From Vulcanimicrobiota bacterium (lineage in GTDB: Bacteria; Vulcanimicrobiota; Vulcanimicrobiia; Vulcanimicrobiales; Vulcanimicrobiaceae): a DNA stretch of 64,000 bases. The position numbers and the translations under genes were made by a program. The number at the start of each line of letters is the position of its first letter. Positions within the stretch are counted from its first letter, which is position 1. Under the pieces are notes generated by a model. It made no database searches and was not told where the DNA came from. It worked only from the letters and a program-made list of their open reading frames with translations. The stretch covers positions 2,915,521 to 2,979,520 of the forward strand of contig OY968762.1 of assembly GCA_963695225.1 (NCBI GenBank), written 5' to 3'. Below, in pieces: positions 1-10,096 of the stretch.

Positions 1-2
1 CG

Positions 3-173
3 TACGTCCGGCTCGCCTCGCGCAACCGGCTGACGCGGCACGACGCGCCGCTCTCGGTGCTGCGCGCCTACACGCCGGCCGAGGCGCTCGAGCTGGCGCG
101 CGAGGCGGGTTGGCGGCGTCCAACGGTTCGGCATGCTCGATACTTCCGGATGATCCTCGTCGATGAAGAATGA
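3..173 (+). CDS. SAM-dependent methyltransferase, C-terminal fragment (5' end outside window)
   Basis: Frame 3 reads ...NRLTRHDAPLSVLRAYTPAEALELAREAGW...RMILVDEE*; the HDxxxSVxRAxT C-terminus is typical of methyltransferases in aromatic-lipid PKS clusters; overlaps next start. Confidence 0.7.
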   Translation, partial: YVRLASRNRLTRHDAPLSVLRAYTPAEALELAREAGWRRPTVRHARYFRMILVDEE

Positions 174-1341
174 CGTCGTCGTCGCCGGCGGCGGCCCGGC
201 GGGATCGGTCTGCGCGCGCGAACTCGCCCTGCGCGGCTTCGCGGTGACGCTCGTCGAGCGCTCGGCGTTCCCCCGCCGCAAGGTCTGCGGCGAGTACCTC
301 AACGCCGGCGCCGTGCGCACGCTCGACGAACTCGGCCTCGGCGAGGCCGTGCGCGCCGCGGCTTCGCCGCTGCGCGGGGTCCGGCTCGTCCCGCCGGGGG
401 CGCCGGGCATAGAGTTGCCGTTCCCCGGGACGTCGCTCGCGCTCGCGCGGGCGACGCTGGATGCGCTGTTGCTCGATGCCGCCCGGGCGAGCGGCGTCGC
501 GGTGCTGCGTGCGAACGTGGAAGACGTGCTGCGCGACGGGGATCGCGCGGCGGGCTTCGCCGTGCGAGAAGAAGACGGCGGCCGGCGGGAGCTGCGCGCG
601 CGCTTCGTCGTCGGCGCCGACGGGAGCGGTTCGCTCGTTGCCCGGAAGCTCGGCCTCGCGAAACCGTCGCGCGGGACTCGCCGGTTCGCGGTCGGGGGGC
701 ATTATCGCGGGTTCGGAACCCTCGGTGGGTACGTAGAGATGTATGTGGGGGCCGGAGCGTACTTTGCGATCAATCCGCTCGATGCCGGGCTTGCGAACGT
801 GATGGTCGTCGTCCCGGATCGCCTGCTCGCCGGATGGTCCGCGGATATCGACGACGGCGTGCGGGGCCGCGCGGCCGAACTCGGGCGCGGCGTGCGTTCG
901 TTCGCGGGGACGGAACGAGTCGGCCCGCGCGCTTCGATCGGGCCGCTCGCGTTCGACGTCGCCTCCGCCGCGGCGCCCGGCGCGCTGCTCGCCGGGGATG
1001 CTTCCGGTTTCCTAAACCCGTTCACGGGGCAGGGCGTGTTCCTCGCGTTGCGCACCGCGCGCGACGCGGCCGAAACGCTCGCGAGCGCGTTCGCGGATTC
1101 GCGGCACGAGGCGCGCGCGTTCGCGATGTACGCGGCGCTGCGCGCGAGCGACCTGCGCGCGCGCAAGCGCCTCTGCGCGGTGACGAATCTGCTGATCGAC
1201 GTGCCGCTGTTCGCGCGGCGCGCAGCCGCGCGGCTGGCCCGGTTTCCGGAACTCGGCGAGGCGCTCCTCGGAAGCCTCTCGGGCGCCGCCGCGCCGGAAC
1301 GAGCGCTCTCGCCCGGCGCGTTTGCCCGGCTGATCGTATGA
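163..1341 (+). CDS. NAD(P)/FAD-dependent oxidoreductase (geranylgeranyl reductase/flavin hydroxylase family)
   Basis: GGGPAG Rossmann motif, FPRRKVCGEYL, VGADG, LAGDAxxFxxPFTGQG. Confidence 0.9.
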   Translation: MKNDVVVAGGGPAGSVCARELALRGFAVTLVERSAFPRRKVCGEYLNAGAVRTLDELGLGEAVRAAASPLRGVRLVPPGAPGIELPFPGTSLALARATLDALLLDAARASGVAVLRANVEDVLRDGDRAAGFAVREEDGGRRELRARFVVGADGSGSLVARKLGLAKPSRGTRRFAVGGHYRGFGTLGGYVEMYVGAGAYFAINPLDAGLANVMVVVPDRLLAGWSADIDDGVRGRAAELGRGVRSFAGTERVGPRASIGPLAFDVASAAAPGALLAGDASGFLNPFTGQGVFLALRTARDAAETLASAFADSRHEARAFAMYAALRASDLRARKRLCAVTNLLIDVPLFARRAAARLARFPELGEALLGSLSGAAAPERALSPGAFARLIV

Positions 1342-1787
1342 CCCACACCGAGAACTCGATCGAGATCGCCGCCCCCGCCGCGACGATCTACAACTTCGCC
1401 GCGGCGACCGAGCGCTGGCCGATGTATCTGCCGCACTATCGCTACGTGCACGTCCTCGAGCAGCACGGCAACATGCGCGTCGTGGAGATGGGTGCTTGGC
1501 GCAGCGGTATTCCCATTTCATGGGTCGCGGAGCAGACGAACGATCCCATCCTCCCCGCGATCGCGTTCCGGCACATCCGCGGTTGGACGCGCGGCATGGA
1601 GGTCGTTTGGCGCTTCGAACCTCAGCCCGGAGGCGGCACTCGCGTGACGATCCTGCACGACCTCGCGTTCCAGTTCCCGATCGCGGCGAATTTCTTCGGC
1701 GAGCACGTCGTCGGCGATTTCTTCGTAGCGAACGTCGCCGCCAAGACGCTCGCGCGCATGAAGACGCTCGCGGAGGGCGCCGTATGA
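1338..1787 (+). CDS. SRPBCC/START-fold polyketide cyclase/aromatase-like protein
   Basis: MTHTENSIEIAAPAATIYNFAAATERWPMYLPHY...GMEVVWRFEP; ATGA overlaps on both sides. Confidence 0.85.
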   Translation: MTHTENSIEIAAPAATIYNFAAATERWPMYLPHYRYVHVLEQHGNMRVVEMGAWRSGIPISWVAEQTNDPILPAIAFRHIRGWTRGMEVVWRFEPQPGGGTRVTILHDLAFQFPIAANFFGEHVVGDFFVANVAAKTLARMKTLAEGAV

Positions 1788-3034
1788 GGCGGATGCGCGA
1801 GGAGTATCGCGTTGCGGTGACCGGGATCGGCGCGATCACGCCGATCGGGACGGGCGTCGATGCGTTCTGGGAAGCGACGCTCGGGCGCAAGGTCGGCGTC
1901 GCGCCGATCACGCGTTTCGACGCTTCGAAGTTTCGCACGCGCGTCGCCGCCGAGATTCACGATTTCGACGCGTCGAAATACATGGAAGGGAAGCGCCTGC
2001 GCTGGACGGAGCGGTTCGCGCAGTTCTCGATCGCCTCCGCGCGCCTCGCGCTGGAGGACGCCGCGTTCGAGATCGGGGATTCGGGCGACGATATCGGCGT
2101 CTACATCGGCACGGCGCTCGGCGGGCTCGGGTTCGCCGAAGAGCAGCACGTGAACTATCTCGCCAAGGGGCTCGCCGGAGTCCGCCCGCTGCTCGCGATC
2201 TCCGTGTTCGGCGGAGCTTCGACGTGCAACGTCGCGCTCGAATGCGGCATCCGCGGGCCGAACGTCGCGAACGGGAACTCGTGCGCTTCCGGAACGGTCG
2301 CGATCGGGGATGCGTTTCGGGCGGTCGCGCGCGGCGACGTCCGCGCGGCGCTCGCCGGCGGCGTCGAAGCGCCGCTCTCGCCGCTCGTCTTCGGCGCGTT
2401 CGCGCTGATCCACGCGATGACGACGCGCAACGGCGATCCGCGCGGCGCGAGCCGCCCGTTCGATCGGGATCGCGACGGCTTCGTGATGGCCGAGGGCGCC
2501 GGCATGCTCGTACTCGAGCGTTTGGAAGACGCGCTCGCTCGCGACGCACGCGTCTACGGGGAGATCGTCGGCTTCGGCCTGACCTGCGACGCGCACCACA
2601 TGACCGCGCCGCTGCCGGACGGCACCTCGGCGATGCGCGCGATGCAGGCGGCGCTGCACGAGGCGCGCCTCGCGCCGGGCGAGATCGAGCTGATCAACGC
2701 GCACGCCTCCTCGTCACCGCTGAACGACGTGACGGAGACGCACGCGATCAAGCGAGCGTTCGACGGGGCAGCCGAGCGCATTCCCATCACGGCGACGAAG
2801 GGGCAGCACGCGCACGCGCTCGGCGCGACCGGCGCTTGGGAGGCCGCTCTCGCCCTGCTGGCGATCGACCGGGGCGAGGTCCCGGGGATCGTGAACTTGG
2901 AACACGCGGACCCTTTGTGCGATCTGCACTATCTGAGGGAGGCGCGCGCCCTGCGGCCGAGGACGGTTCTTTCGAACTCGTTCGGCTTCGGAGGGATCAA
3001 CGCGTCGCTGGTGTTCAAACGTGCGGATGCTTGA
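1784..3034 (+). CDS. beta-ketoacyl-ACP synthase (FabF/type II KS family)
   Basis: RVAVTGIGAITPIG, catalytic NSCASG, SRPFDRDRDGFVMAEGAG, INAHASS, HAHALGA, SNSFGFGG. Confidence 0.92.
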   Translation: MRRMREEYRVAVTGIGAITPIGTGVDAFWEATLGRKVGVAPITRFDASKFRTRVAAEIHDFDASKYMEGKRLRWTERFAQFSIASARLALEDAAFEIGDSGDDIGVYIGTALGGLGFAEEQHVNYLAKGLAGVRPLLAISVFGGASTCNVALECGIRGPNVANGNSCASGTVAIGDAFRAVARGDVRAALAGGVEAPLSPLVFGAFALIHAMTTRNGDPRGASRPFDRDRDGFVMAEGAGMLVLERLEDALARDARVYGEIVGFGLTCDAHHMTAPLPDGTSAMRAMQAALHEARLAPGEIELINAHASSSPLNDVTETHAIKRAFDGAAERIPITATKGQHAHALGATGAWEAALALLAIDRGEVPGIVNLEHADPLCDLHYLREARALRPRTVLSNSFGFGGINASLVFKRADA

Positions 3035-3728
3035 GAGCCCGGCCGCGGCGGCCTGGCGAACGTTTCCCGTCCGCGTCGCCGGCGTGCGCAAGACGTACGC
3101 CGGCGCGAACGAGGACGTCCCCGCGCTGGACGGCGTGAGCTTCGAGATCGCGCCGGGCGAGATGGTCGCGCTGATGGGGCCGAGCGGCTGCGGGAAGAGC
3201 ACGCTGTTGAACCTGATCGGGTGCGTCGACCTGCCGAGCGCCGGCGACGTCTACCTCGACGGCCGCTCGACGAGCGCGCTCGACGACGACGCGCTCACGC
3301 GACTGCGGCGCGACCGCGTCGGGACGATCTTCCAATTCTTCAATCTGCTCCCGGCGCTGACGGTCGGGGAGAACGTCGGGTTGCCGCTCGTGCTGCAACG
3401 CCGTCCGAACGCCGAGATCGCGGAGCGCGTCGCGGAAGTGCTAGCGGCGGTCGGCATTCCGGAGAAAGCGAACGCCTACCCCGCGCAGATCTCCGGCGGG
3501 CAGATGCAACGCGCCGCGCTGGCGCGCGCGATCGTGCACCGGCCCGCCGTCGTGCTCGCCGACGAGCCGACGGGGAATCTCGATTCGCACAACGGCGAGA
3601 AGGTGCTGCACCTGCTTCGGGAACTGGCCTCGACGGGGCAGACGATCTTGATGGCGACGCACGCGGCGGACGCCGCCGCGATCTGCGACCGCACGATCCG
3701 CCTGGCGGACGGAAAGATCGTCGGCTAA
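3027..3728 (+). CDS. ABC transporter ATP-binding protein (LolD/MacB-like)
   Basis: [26 protein letters not shown]. Confidence 0.93.
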   Translation: MLESPAAAAWRTFPVRVAGVRKTYAGANEDVPALDGVSFEIAPGEMVALMGPSGCGKSTLLNLIGCVDLPSAGDVYLDGRSTSALDDDALTRLRRDRVGTIFQFFNLLPALTVGENVGLPLVLQRRPNAEIAERVAEVLAAVGIPEKANAYPAQISGGQMQRAALARAIVHRPAVVLADEPTGNLDSHNGEKVLHLLRELASTGQTILMATHAADAAAICDRTIRLADGKIVG

Positions 3729-3735
3729 CTCGCTC

Positions 3736-6324
3736 GTGCAAGCTTCGCTCTTCTCGGCGCTCGTGCTCGGGCATCTACGCTCGAACCGGCTGCGCTCGAT
3801 CGTCACGCTCGTTGCGGTCGGGCTCGGCGTCGCGATCGCGCTCGCGATCGACCTCGCGAATTCGACCGCGGTGCGCTCGTTCTCGGCGAGCGTGAACCTC
3901 GTCGCGAACCACGTGAACCTGCAGGTGCTCGGAGTGGGGCGCGGCTTCGACGAACGGGCGCTGCTGCGCGTGCAACGCATCGGCGGCGTGACGTTCGCGA
4001 GCCCGACGATCGAAGATTCCGTCGTGGTCGGCGCGAAACCGGGCGATCCGTTCTCGGGGGAGATCCTGCACGTGCTCGGCATCGATCTCCTCCGGCCGCT
4101 CCCGCGCGGCGAGGGGGCGGGCGTCGGAACGCCCGGCGAGTACTCGAGCGGGGGCGGTGCGAAGACGATCGGCGCGGCGCGGATGATCGGCGCCCGAGGC
4201 GCGATCGTCTCGGCCCGGATCGCGGAGCGCTTCCACCTCCACGTCGGGGACCGGTTGGCGGCGCTCGCGGGGGATAAGCCCGTCTCGTTCACGGTCGGGC
4301 TGATCCTGCCGGCCGCGGTCGCGGGGATCGATTCGAGCGTCCTGTTCGTCGACATCGTGACGGCGCAGGAAGTCTTCGATAAGGTCGGGCGGCTCGATCG
4401 CATCGATTGCATCGTCGATCCCGCGCGCCTCGCGGACGTGAAGAAGGCGGTCGCGGCCGCGATCCCGCCCGGCGCTCGCGCGATCGAGCCGAAGGTCCGC
4501 ACGAACGAGATCACGCGGATGCTGCGCAGCTTCCAGCTCAATCTCGCGGCGCTCTCGTACATCGCGATGCTGGTCGGGATGTATCTGATCTACAACACCG
4601 TGGCGATCTCCGTCGTGCAGCGGCGGCCGGACATCGGCACGCTGCGCGCGCTCGGGGCGACGCGCGGCGCGATCTTCCGCGCGTTCCTCTCCGAGGGCGC
4701 GCTGTTCGGCGCCGGCGGCTCGCTGTTCGGGCTCGTGCTGGGCGCCCTGCTCGCGCAACTCTCGGTCGGCGCCGTCGCGCGAACCGTCGATACGATGTAC
4801 GTCGGGACGCACGCGGACCGCGTGATCTACGATCCGCTCGTGCTGCTCAAGGCGTTCCTCGTGGGCTTCATGCTGGCCGTGATCTCGGCGCTCGTGCCGG
4901 CGTTGGAGGCGGCCTCGACGGCGCCCGCGCTCACGATGCGTTCGAGCGGCTTCGAAGGGCGCGTCGCGCGGCCGGGGGTCGGGCTCGCGTTCGCGGGTGC
5001 GGCGTGCCTGGCGGCCGCGTACGGGCTGACGTTCCTGCCGGCGATCGATGCGATCCCGGTCTTCGGGTATGCGGCGGGGCTCCTGATCATCTTCGGCGGA
5101 TCGCTGCTCGTGCCGATCGCCGTCGTCGGGCTCTCCGGCGCCGCGCGCGCGATCGCGCCGCGCCTCTCGCCCGCGAGCCGGCTCGCGGCGGTGAACCTTG
5201 GCTCGTCGCTGCGGCGCACGAGCGTCGCGGTCGCCTCGCTGATGGTCGCGATCGCGATGATGGTCAGCGTCGCGATCTTGATCGGATCCTTCCGGACGAC
5301 GGTCGTCGCCTGGGCGGACGAAACGCTCCGCGCGGATCTGTTCGTGCGCCCGCTCGGCCTGCAGGATGCATCGTACGATGCGCGTTTCTCGCCGGCGATG
5401 GCCGCTCGCGTTCGCGCCGTCCCCGGCGTCGCGGCGGTCGATACGTTTCGCGCTATTTCGATTCCGTTCCGCGGATCGCTCACGACGCTCGGCGCCGCCG
5501 ATTTCTCGACGATCGCCGAGCGGAACAAGCTGCGCTTTCTCGGGAACGTGGATACGCGGGCGCTCGCGAAGAAGATGCCGGGGACGCTCGATTGCGTGAT
5601 CAGCGAACCGTTCTCCACGCGCTTCGGCGTCAAGCCGGGGGACGATATCCCGATCGATACGCCTTCGGGGCGCGTGCGGCTGCACGCGGTAGCGCTCTAC
5701 AACGACTACTCGAGCGACGCCGGGGTGATGATCGTGGACAAGCGTACCTTCGCCCGGCTCTTTCGCGACGATTCGGTGAACTCGCTCGCGATCTACGCGG
5801 CGCCGGGCGCCGATCTCGCCGATGTGCGCTCGCGCGTGATCCGCGCCGTGTTGCCCGAACGGATCGACGTGCAGACGACGCGCGAATTGCGCGCGCTCGT
5901 GATCTCGATCTTCAACCGGACGTTCGCGATCACGTACGCGCTCTACATCATCTCGATCGCGATCGCGGTGCTGGGCGTCGTGAGCACGCTGTTCGCGCTC
6001 GTGCTCGAGCGCAAGCGCGAGATCGGGCTGATGCGCTATCTCGGGCTTTCGCTCGGGGACGTGCGCCGCATGGTCTTCTACGAGGCCGGGTACATCGGGT
6101 TTCTCGGCGGCGCGAGCGGCGTCGTCGTGGGGATCCTGCTCGCGCTGCTGCTGATCTACGTGATCAATCGCCAGGCCTTCGGCTGGCTGATCGAACTCCA
6201 CATGCCGTACGATTTTCTGGCGGAGGCGCTCGTGCTCGTCGTCGTCGCCGCCGTGTTGGCGGGCATCTATCCGGCGCAAGTCGCCGCGCGCATCCGCACG
6301 GCGGAAGCGGTGCGAACCGAATGA
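3736..6324 (+). CDS. ABC transporter permease, duplicated FtsX/MacB-type
   Basis: Two periplasmic+TM repeats, RRPDIGTLRALGA and RKREIGLMRYLG motifs. Confidence 0.9.
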   Translation: MQASLFSALVLGHLRSNRLRSIVTLVAVGLGVAIALAIDLANSTAVRSFSASVNLVANHVNLQVLGVGRGFDERALLRVQRIGGVTFASPTIEDSVVVGAKPGDPFSGEILHVLGIDLLRPLPRGEGAGVGTPGEYSSGGGAKTIGAARMIGARGAIVSARIAERFHLHVGDRLAALAGDKPVSFTVGLILPAAVAGIDSSVLFVDIVTAQEVFDKVGRLDRIDCIVDPARLADVKKAVAAAIPPGARAIEPKVRTNEITRMLRSFQLNLAALSYIAMLVGMYLIYNTVAISVVQRRPDIGTLRALGATRGAIFRAFLSEGALFGAGGSLFGLVLGALLAQLSVGAVARTVDTMYVGTHADRVIYDPLVLLKAFLVGFMLAVISALVPALEAASTAPALTMRSSGFEGRVARPGVGLAFAGAACLAAAYGLTFLPAIDAIPVFGYAAGLLIIFGGSLLVPIAVVGLSGAARAIAPRLSPASRLAAVNLGSSLRRTSVAVASLMVAIAMMVSVAILIGSFRTTVVAWADETLRADLFVRPLGLQDASYDARFSPAMAARVRAVPGVAAVDTFRAISIPFRGSLTTLGAADFSTIAERNKLRFLGNVDTRALAKKMPGTLDCVISEPFSTRFGVKPGDDIPIDTPSGRVRLHAVALYNDYSSDAGVMIVDKRTFARLFRDDSVNSLAIYAAPGADLADVRSRVIRAVLPERIDVQTTRELRALVISIFNRTFAITYALYIISIAIAVLGVVSTLFALVLERKREIGLMRYLGLSLGDVRRMVFYEAGYIGFLGGASGVVVGILLALLLIYVINRQAFGWLIELHMPYDFLAEALVLVVVAAVLAGIYPAQVAARIRTAEAVRTE

Positions 6325-7505
6325 GCCTCTTGCGACGGATACGGCTTGCACTCGCGTGCGCGATCGTGCTGTGCGGAGCGCTCGTTTGGCTCGTCGCGAG
6401 TCCGGCTGCGGCCGCACCGGCCGGGCAGCCGCGCACGCCGAGCGGGTTCGCTTCGGCCGGGGCGCCGTACGCGTTCGCGTTTCCGCGCGATCACGGCGCG
6501 CATCCGGCGTATCAAAGCGAGTGGTGGTACTATACGGGGCACCTGCGCGCGCAGGACGGGCGGCGCTTCGGGTACGAGCTGACGTTCTTTCGGGCGGGGC
6601 TCGCGCCGGGCGAGGGCGCGCCCGCAGCGGGGCAGAGCCGCTGGCGCGGCAATCAAGTGTATCCGGCGCATTTCGCGCTGACCGATGAAGCGGGCCGGCG
6701 CTTCTTTCATGCGGAGCGTTTCGCGCGGGCGGCGCTCGGGCAAGGTTCTGCGGCGGAAGGGCGCCTCGACGTGCGCGTGGAGGATTGGAGCCTCGTCGGA
6801 AACATGCAGCCGAATCCCGCGCTCGAGCGGATGGCGATGCACGCGAGCGACGGGGCGGGGAGCGACCGCATCGCGATCGATCTCGTCCAGGTGCCGCTCA
6901 AACCGCCGGCGATCCACGGGCACGACGGCATCTCGCGCAAGGCCGCGTGCGCGACGTGCGCCTCGCACTATTACTCGTACACCCGCTTGCGGACGACCGG
7001 GACGCTCACGTACGGCGGCATGCAGCTCGAGGTCGAGGGCATCTCGTGGATGGACCACGAGTTCGGCTCCGACGAGTTGCAGAGCGATCAGGTCGGCTGG
7101 GATTGGTTTTCGATCCAGCTCGACGACGGCCGCGAGTTGATGCTCTATCTCTTGCGGCAGAAGGGCGGCGGCATCACGCCGCAATCGAGCGGGAGCCTCA
7201 TCGAGCGCGGCGGGCGCGTGCGCTACCTTCCGCAGGCCTCGTTCGCGATCGAGGCGACCGGCTCGTGGACGAGCCCGCACACGAACGGCCGCTATCCGAG
7301 CGGCTGGCGCGTGCGCATTCCCGGCGAACGCATCGATCTCGTCCTCGCCCCGACGCTCGCCGATCAGGAGTTGGCGAACACGAACGCCGGCAGCATCTCG
7401 TATTGGGAGGGCGCCGTCGACGTGCGCGACGCGGCGGCTCCAAACCGAACGCTCGGCGCCGGCTACGTCGAGCTAACGGGATACGCCGGCGCGATCTCGC
7501 TCTAG
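6321..7505 (+). CDS. AttH/CrtC-like lipocalin-domain protein (secreted)
   Basis: N-terminal signal-like segment; FPRDHGAHP..EWWYYTGHL, SWMDHEFGS, GWDWFS, YWEGAV, GYVELTGY. Confidence 0.88.
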   Translation: MSLLRRIRLALACAIVLCGALVWLVASPAAAAPAGQPRTPSGFASAGAPYAFAFPRDHGAHPAYQSEWWYYTGHLRAQDGRRFGYELTFFRAGLAPGEGAPAAGQSRWRGNQVYPAHFALTDEAGRRFFHAERFARAALGQGSAAEGRLDVRVEDWSLVGNMQPNPALERMAMHASDGAGSDRIAIDLVQVPLKPPAIHGHDGISRKAACATCASHYYSYTRLRTTGTLTYGGMQLEVEGISWMDHEFGSDELQSDQVGWDWFSIQLDDGRELMLYLLRQKGGGITPQSSGSLIERGGRVRYLPQASFAIEATGSWTSPHTNGRYPSGWRVRIPGERIDLVLAPTLADQELANTNAGSISYWEGAVDVRDAAAPNRTLGAGYVELTGYAGAISL

Positions 7506-7945
7506 TACACCATCGGGATGAAGCGCTTCGTGCGGAGCGCGTACGCTTCGTACGTCGGATAGCGCTTCGCGAGGCGGCGCTCTTCGTCGCGAGCCTTCGC
7601 GTCGAGCATGAGCGCCAATGCGGCGGCGAGGGCGAAGCGGCTCCAACTCTGCGTCACGCCGGCGAAGCCGAAGGCGGTTAGGAGGAGCCCGCTATAGATC
7701 GGATGGCGGACCAAACGGTACCACCCGCGCTCGACGTGCTCGCTCCCTTCCGTAGGCTCGGGGAGCGCGCTGAGCGAGGGGCCGAGGTTCGCGGCCGCGG
7801 TCAGGAACACGAACGCGCCCGCCGCCAATACCGGCAGCGCGGGGCTCCGCCCGTCGAACGGCCGCCCCGGCGCGAGCGCGATCGCGGCCAAGAAGGCTCC
7901 CTGCCCCGCGACCCACAACCCGCCCCGCGCGACGAACGTCTTCAT
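7502..7945 (-). CDS. isoprenylcysteine carboxylmethyltransferase/phospholipid methyltransferase family membrane protein
   Basis: GWYRLVRHPIYSG, EERRL..RYP.Y..Y..RTKRFIP. Confidence 0.85.
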   Translation of the reverse strand: MKTFVARGGLWVAGQGAFLAAIALAPGRPFDGRSPALPVLAAGAFVFLTAAANLGPSLSALPEPTEGSEHVERGWYRLVRHPIYSGLLLTAFGFAGVTQSWSRFALAAALALMLDAKARDEERRLAKRYPTYEAYALRTKRFIPMVY

Positions 7946-7979
7946 CGGGGCTAGTGTTTGGCGCCGCGTTGCCGGGCGC

Positions 7980-8231
7980 CTAGATTTGCTCTACGCGCTC
8001 GACTTCGGGGCAGCGTTCGCGGACGATCCGCTCGATCGCGTGCTTGAGCGTCGCGTTCGCTGCGGCGCAGCCGCCGCAGGCTCCGAGCATCTGCACGTAG
8101 GCGACGCCGTCGTCGATGCGGATCAGCCAGACGTCCCCGCCGTCCGCTTGGATGCCCGGGCGCACTTCGTCGAGCGCCGCGTTGACGCGAAGGAAGAGGG
8201 GGCCGGCCGCATCGATCATCTTCCACTTCAA
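7980..8231 (-). CDS. NifU C-terminal domain Fe-S carrier
   Basis: VRPGIQADGGDV...GACGGC...TLK; start uncertain. Confidence 0.88.
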   Translation of the reverse strand: MKWKMIDAAGPLFLRVNAALDEVRPGIQADGGDVWLIRIDDGVAYVQMLGACGGCAAANATLKHAIERIVRERCPEVERVEQI

Positions 8232-8280
8232 CCTCGCCCGATGCAGCCGCGTTGCGAGACCGGGGTGACATCGGAGCGGG

Positions 8281-9195
8281 CTAGGGGGGCTTGGGGTAGA
8301 GGGGGATGAGGTAAGCGGCGAGGGCCAAGGTTGCGGTGACGAGGTAGAAGGCGACGCCGCGGAAGGCGATCGCGGCGTCGCCGGAGGCGTCGGCGGGGCG
8401 CCGCCAGAGCGATATCCCGAGCCAGGCCGCCAACGGGAGGACGGCGAGCCCGGCCAGGGCCAGCGTCGCGGGTGCGCCTGCCGCGAGCGCGAGCGCGCCG
8501 CCGAGCGGGACCAGCGCGAATGCGACCAGCGCGAGCACCGCGGCCGGGCGCCGGCCCAGAAGGACGACGAGGTTGCGTTTCCCGGTGGCGGCGTCGGCTT
8601 CGACGTCGGGCGTCTCGACGGCCAGCATCATCGCGAACATCGCAGCCGCCGCAGGGAGCGTGCTCGCCGGCGCGAGTTCGTCGAGCGCGCCTCGTTGGGC
8701 GGCGTAGGCGCAGAGCGGGACGAGCACGCCGACCACGAGCGTCGTATCGAGTTCGCCGAGCCCGCGTGCCAGCAACCGCAGCGGAGGGGCGGAGTAGAAC
8801 CACGCGAGAGCGCCGATCGCGAAAGCCAGCGCCGCGGACGTTTCGAACCCGGCGAACCACAACGCGACGACCCCGCCGGCGCCGAGCGCCGCGCAAACGG
8901 ACGCCGCGATCAGCGCGACGCGCGGTTCGAGCGAACCGTCGACGAGCACTCCGCTCCCCCCTGAGAAGCGCGTGCGCCGCGCCAGCGCGTCGCTCTCGCG
9001 GTCGTAGTAGTCGTTCGCGTAATGCGTCATCAGGTGGAAGATCGAGATCGTTCCCTGCGCGAGCGCGAACGCGCCCCAGTCGATGCGGCTTCCTTCGTAC
9101 GCCGCGATCGCCGTCCCGAACGCGCCGGCGAGCAAGCCCCCGGCGAGGAACTTCAGGCGGGAGAGACGCACGAAGGCCGCGATACGCGAGGGCAC
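8281..9195 (-). CDS. UbiA/MenA-family prenyltransferase
   Basis: NDYYD..SD, FSGGSG, YSAPPLRL, PDVEADAATGKRNL; multiple TM segments; GTG start chosen. Confidence 0.85.
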   Translation of the reverse strand: MPSRIAAFVRLSRLKFLAGGLLAGAFGTAIAAYEGSRIDWGAFALAQGTISIFHLMTHYANDYYDRESDALARRTRFSGGSGVLVDGSLEPRVALIAASVCAALGAGGVVALWFAGFETSAALAFAIGALAWFYSAPPLRLLARGLGELDTTLVVGVLVPLCAYAAQRGALDELAPASTLPAAAAMFAMMLAVETPDVEADAATGKRNLVVLLGRRPAAVLALVAFALVPLGGALALAAGAPATLALAGLAVLPLAAWLGISLWRRPADASGDAAIAFRGVAFYLVTATLALAAYLIPLYPKPP

Positions 9196-9253
9196 CTCCC
9201 GGCGATTCTGAAGTGCCGGAGGACCCTCCCCGTGGACGGCGCATTCGTCCGGC

Positions 9254-10057
9254 ATGCCCAAGGAACGGCGCAGGACCGAATTCGGTAAGCCGACGGTGCA
9301 ATCGATCGACCGCGCGCTGGACATCCTGGAGGCGCTCGCTTCGCGACGCAGTCCGACGGGGATCAGCGAACTCGCGCACCAGGTCGATCTCCACGTGAGC
9401 ACCGTCCATCGCCTCTTGACGACGCTCGTCGATCGCGGCTACGTCCGCCAGGATCCGGAGACGTCGCGCTATCACTTGGCGGCGCGCATCTTCTCGCTCT
9501 CGAACGCCGCCGACATGCAACTCGATTTACGGCTCGTCGCGCATCCGTATCTCGAGATGTTGATGCGCAAAGTCGGCGAGACGGCGAATCTCGTCACGGC
9601 CGGGCCCGATCACGTGATCTATCTCGATCAGGTCGAGAGCATGCATCTCGTGAAGATGTTCACGGCTCCGGGTATGCGCGCGCCGCTCTATTGCACGGGG
9701 ACGGGGAAAGCGATCCTCGCGTTCCGTTCGCCCCAGCAGCAGGAAACGGTGCTCGACGGTCCGCTCCCGCGCCACACGCAGCACACGCTGGCGACGCGCG
9801 CCGATCTCGAACGCGAACTGAGCGCGATCCACGCGCGCGGCTACGCGATCGATAACGAAGAGATGGAAGAAGGCGTGCGCTGCCTCGCCGTCCCCGTCTT
9901 CGATCGCCGCAACGAGGTCGTCGGCGCGATCTCGGTCTCGGGGCCGACCTCGCGCATGACGGTCGAGCGCGTCGAAGGATTCGTCCCGCTCGTCCGTTCG
10001 ATCGCCGGCCAATTGAGCCGGCAACTCGGATACGAGAGCGCCGAAGCTCTCGTCTGA
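9254..10057 (+). CDS. IclR family transcriptional regulator
   Basis: VQSIDRALDILE HTH, PLYCTGTGKAILA, GYAIDNEE..GVRCLAVP. Confidence 0.93.
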   Translation: MPKERRRTEFGKPTVQSIDRALDILEALASRRSPTGISELAHQVDLHVSTVHRLLTTLVDRGYVRQDPETSRYHLAARIFSLSNAADMQLDLRLVAHPYLEMLMRKVGETANLVTAGPDHVIYLDQVESMHLVKMFTAPGMRAPLYCTGTGKAILAFRSPQQQETVLDGPLPRHTQHTLATRADLERELSAIHARGYAIDNEEMEEGVRCLAVPVFDRRNEVVGAISVSGPTSRMTVERVEGFVPLVRSIAGQLSRQLGYESAEALV

Positions 10058-10096
10058 AGCGTTCGCGAGCCGCCTAGCGGCCGCGGAGCGCGCCGC

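Noticed and set aside
3775..6417. Long antisense and alternate-frame ORFs (this one and many others, e.g. 29469-31511, 36156-38582, 46644-48476)
   Set aside because: Arg/Ala/Pro-rich shadow ORFs expected at high GC, overlapping well-supported genes
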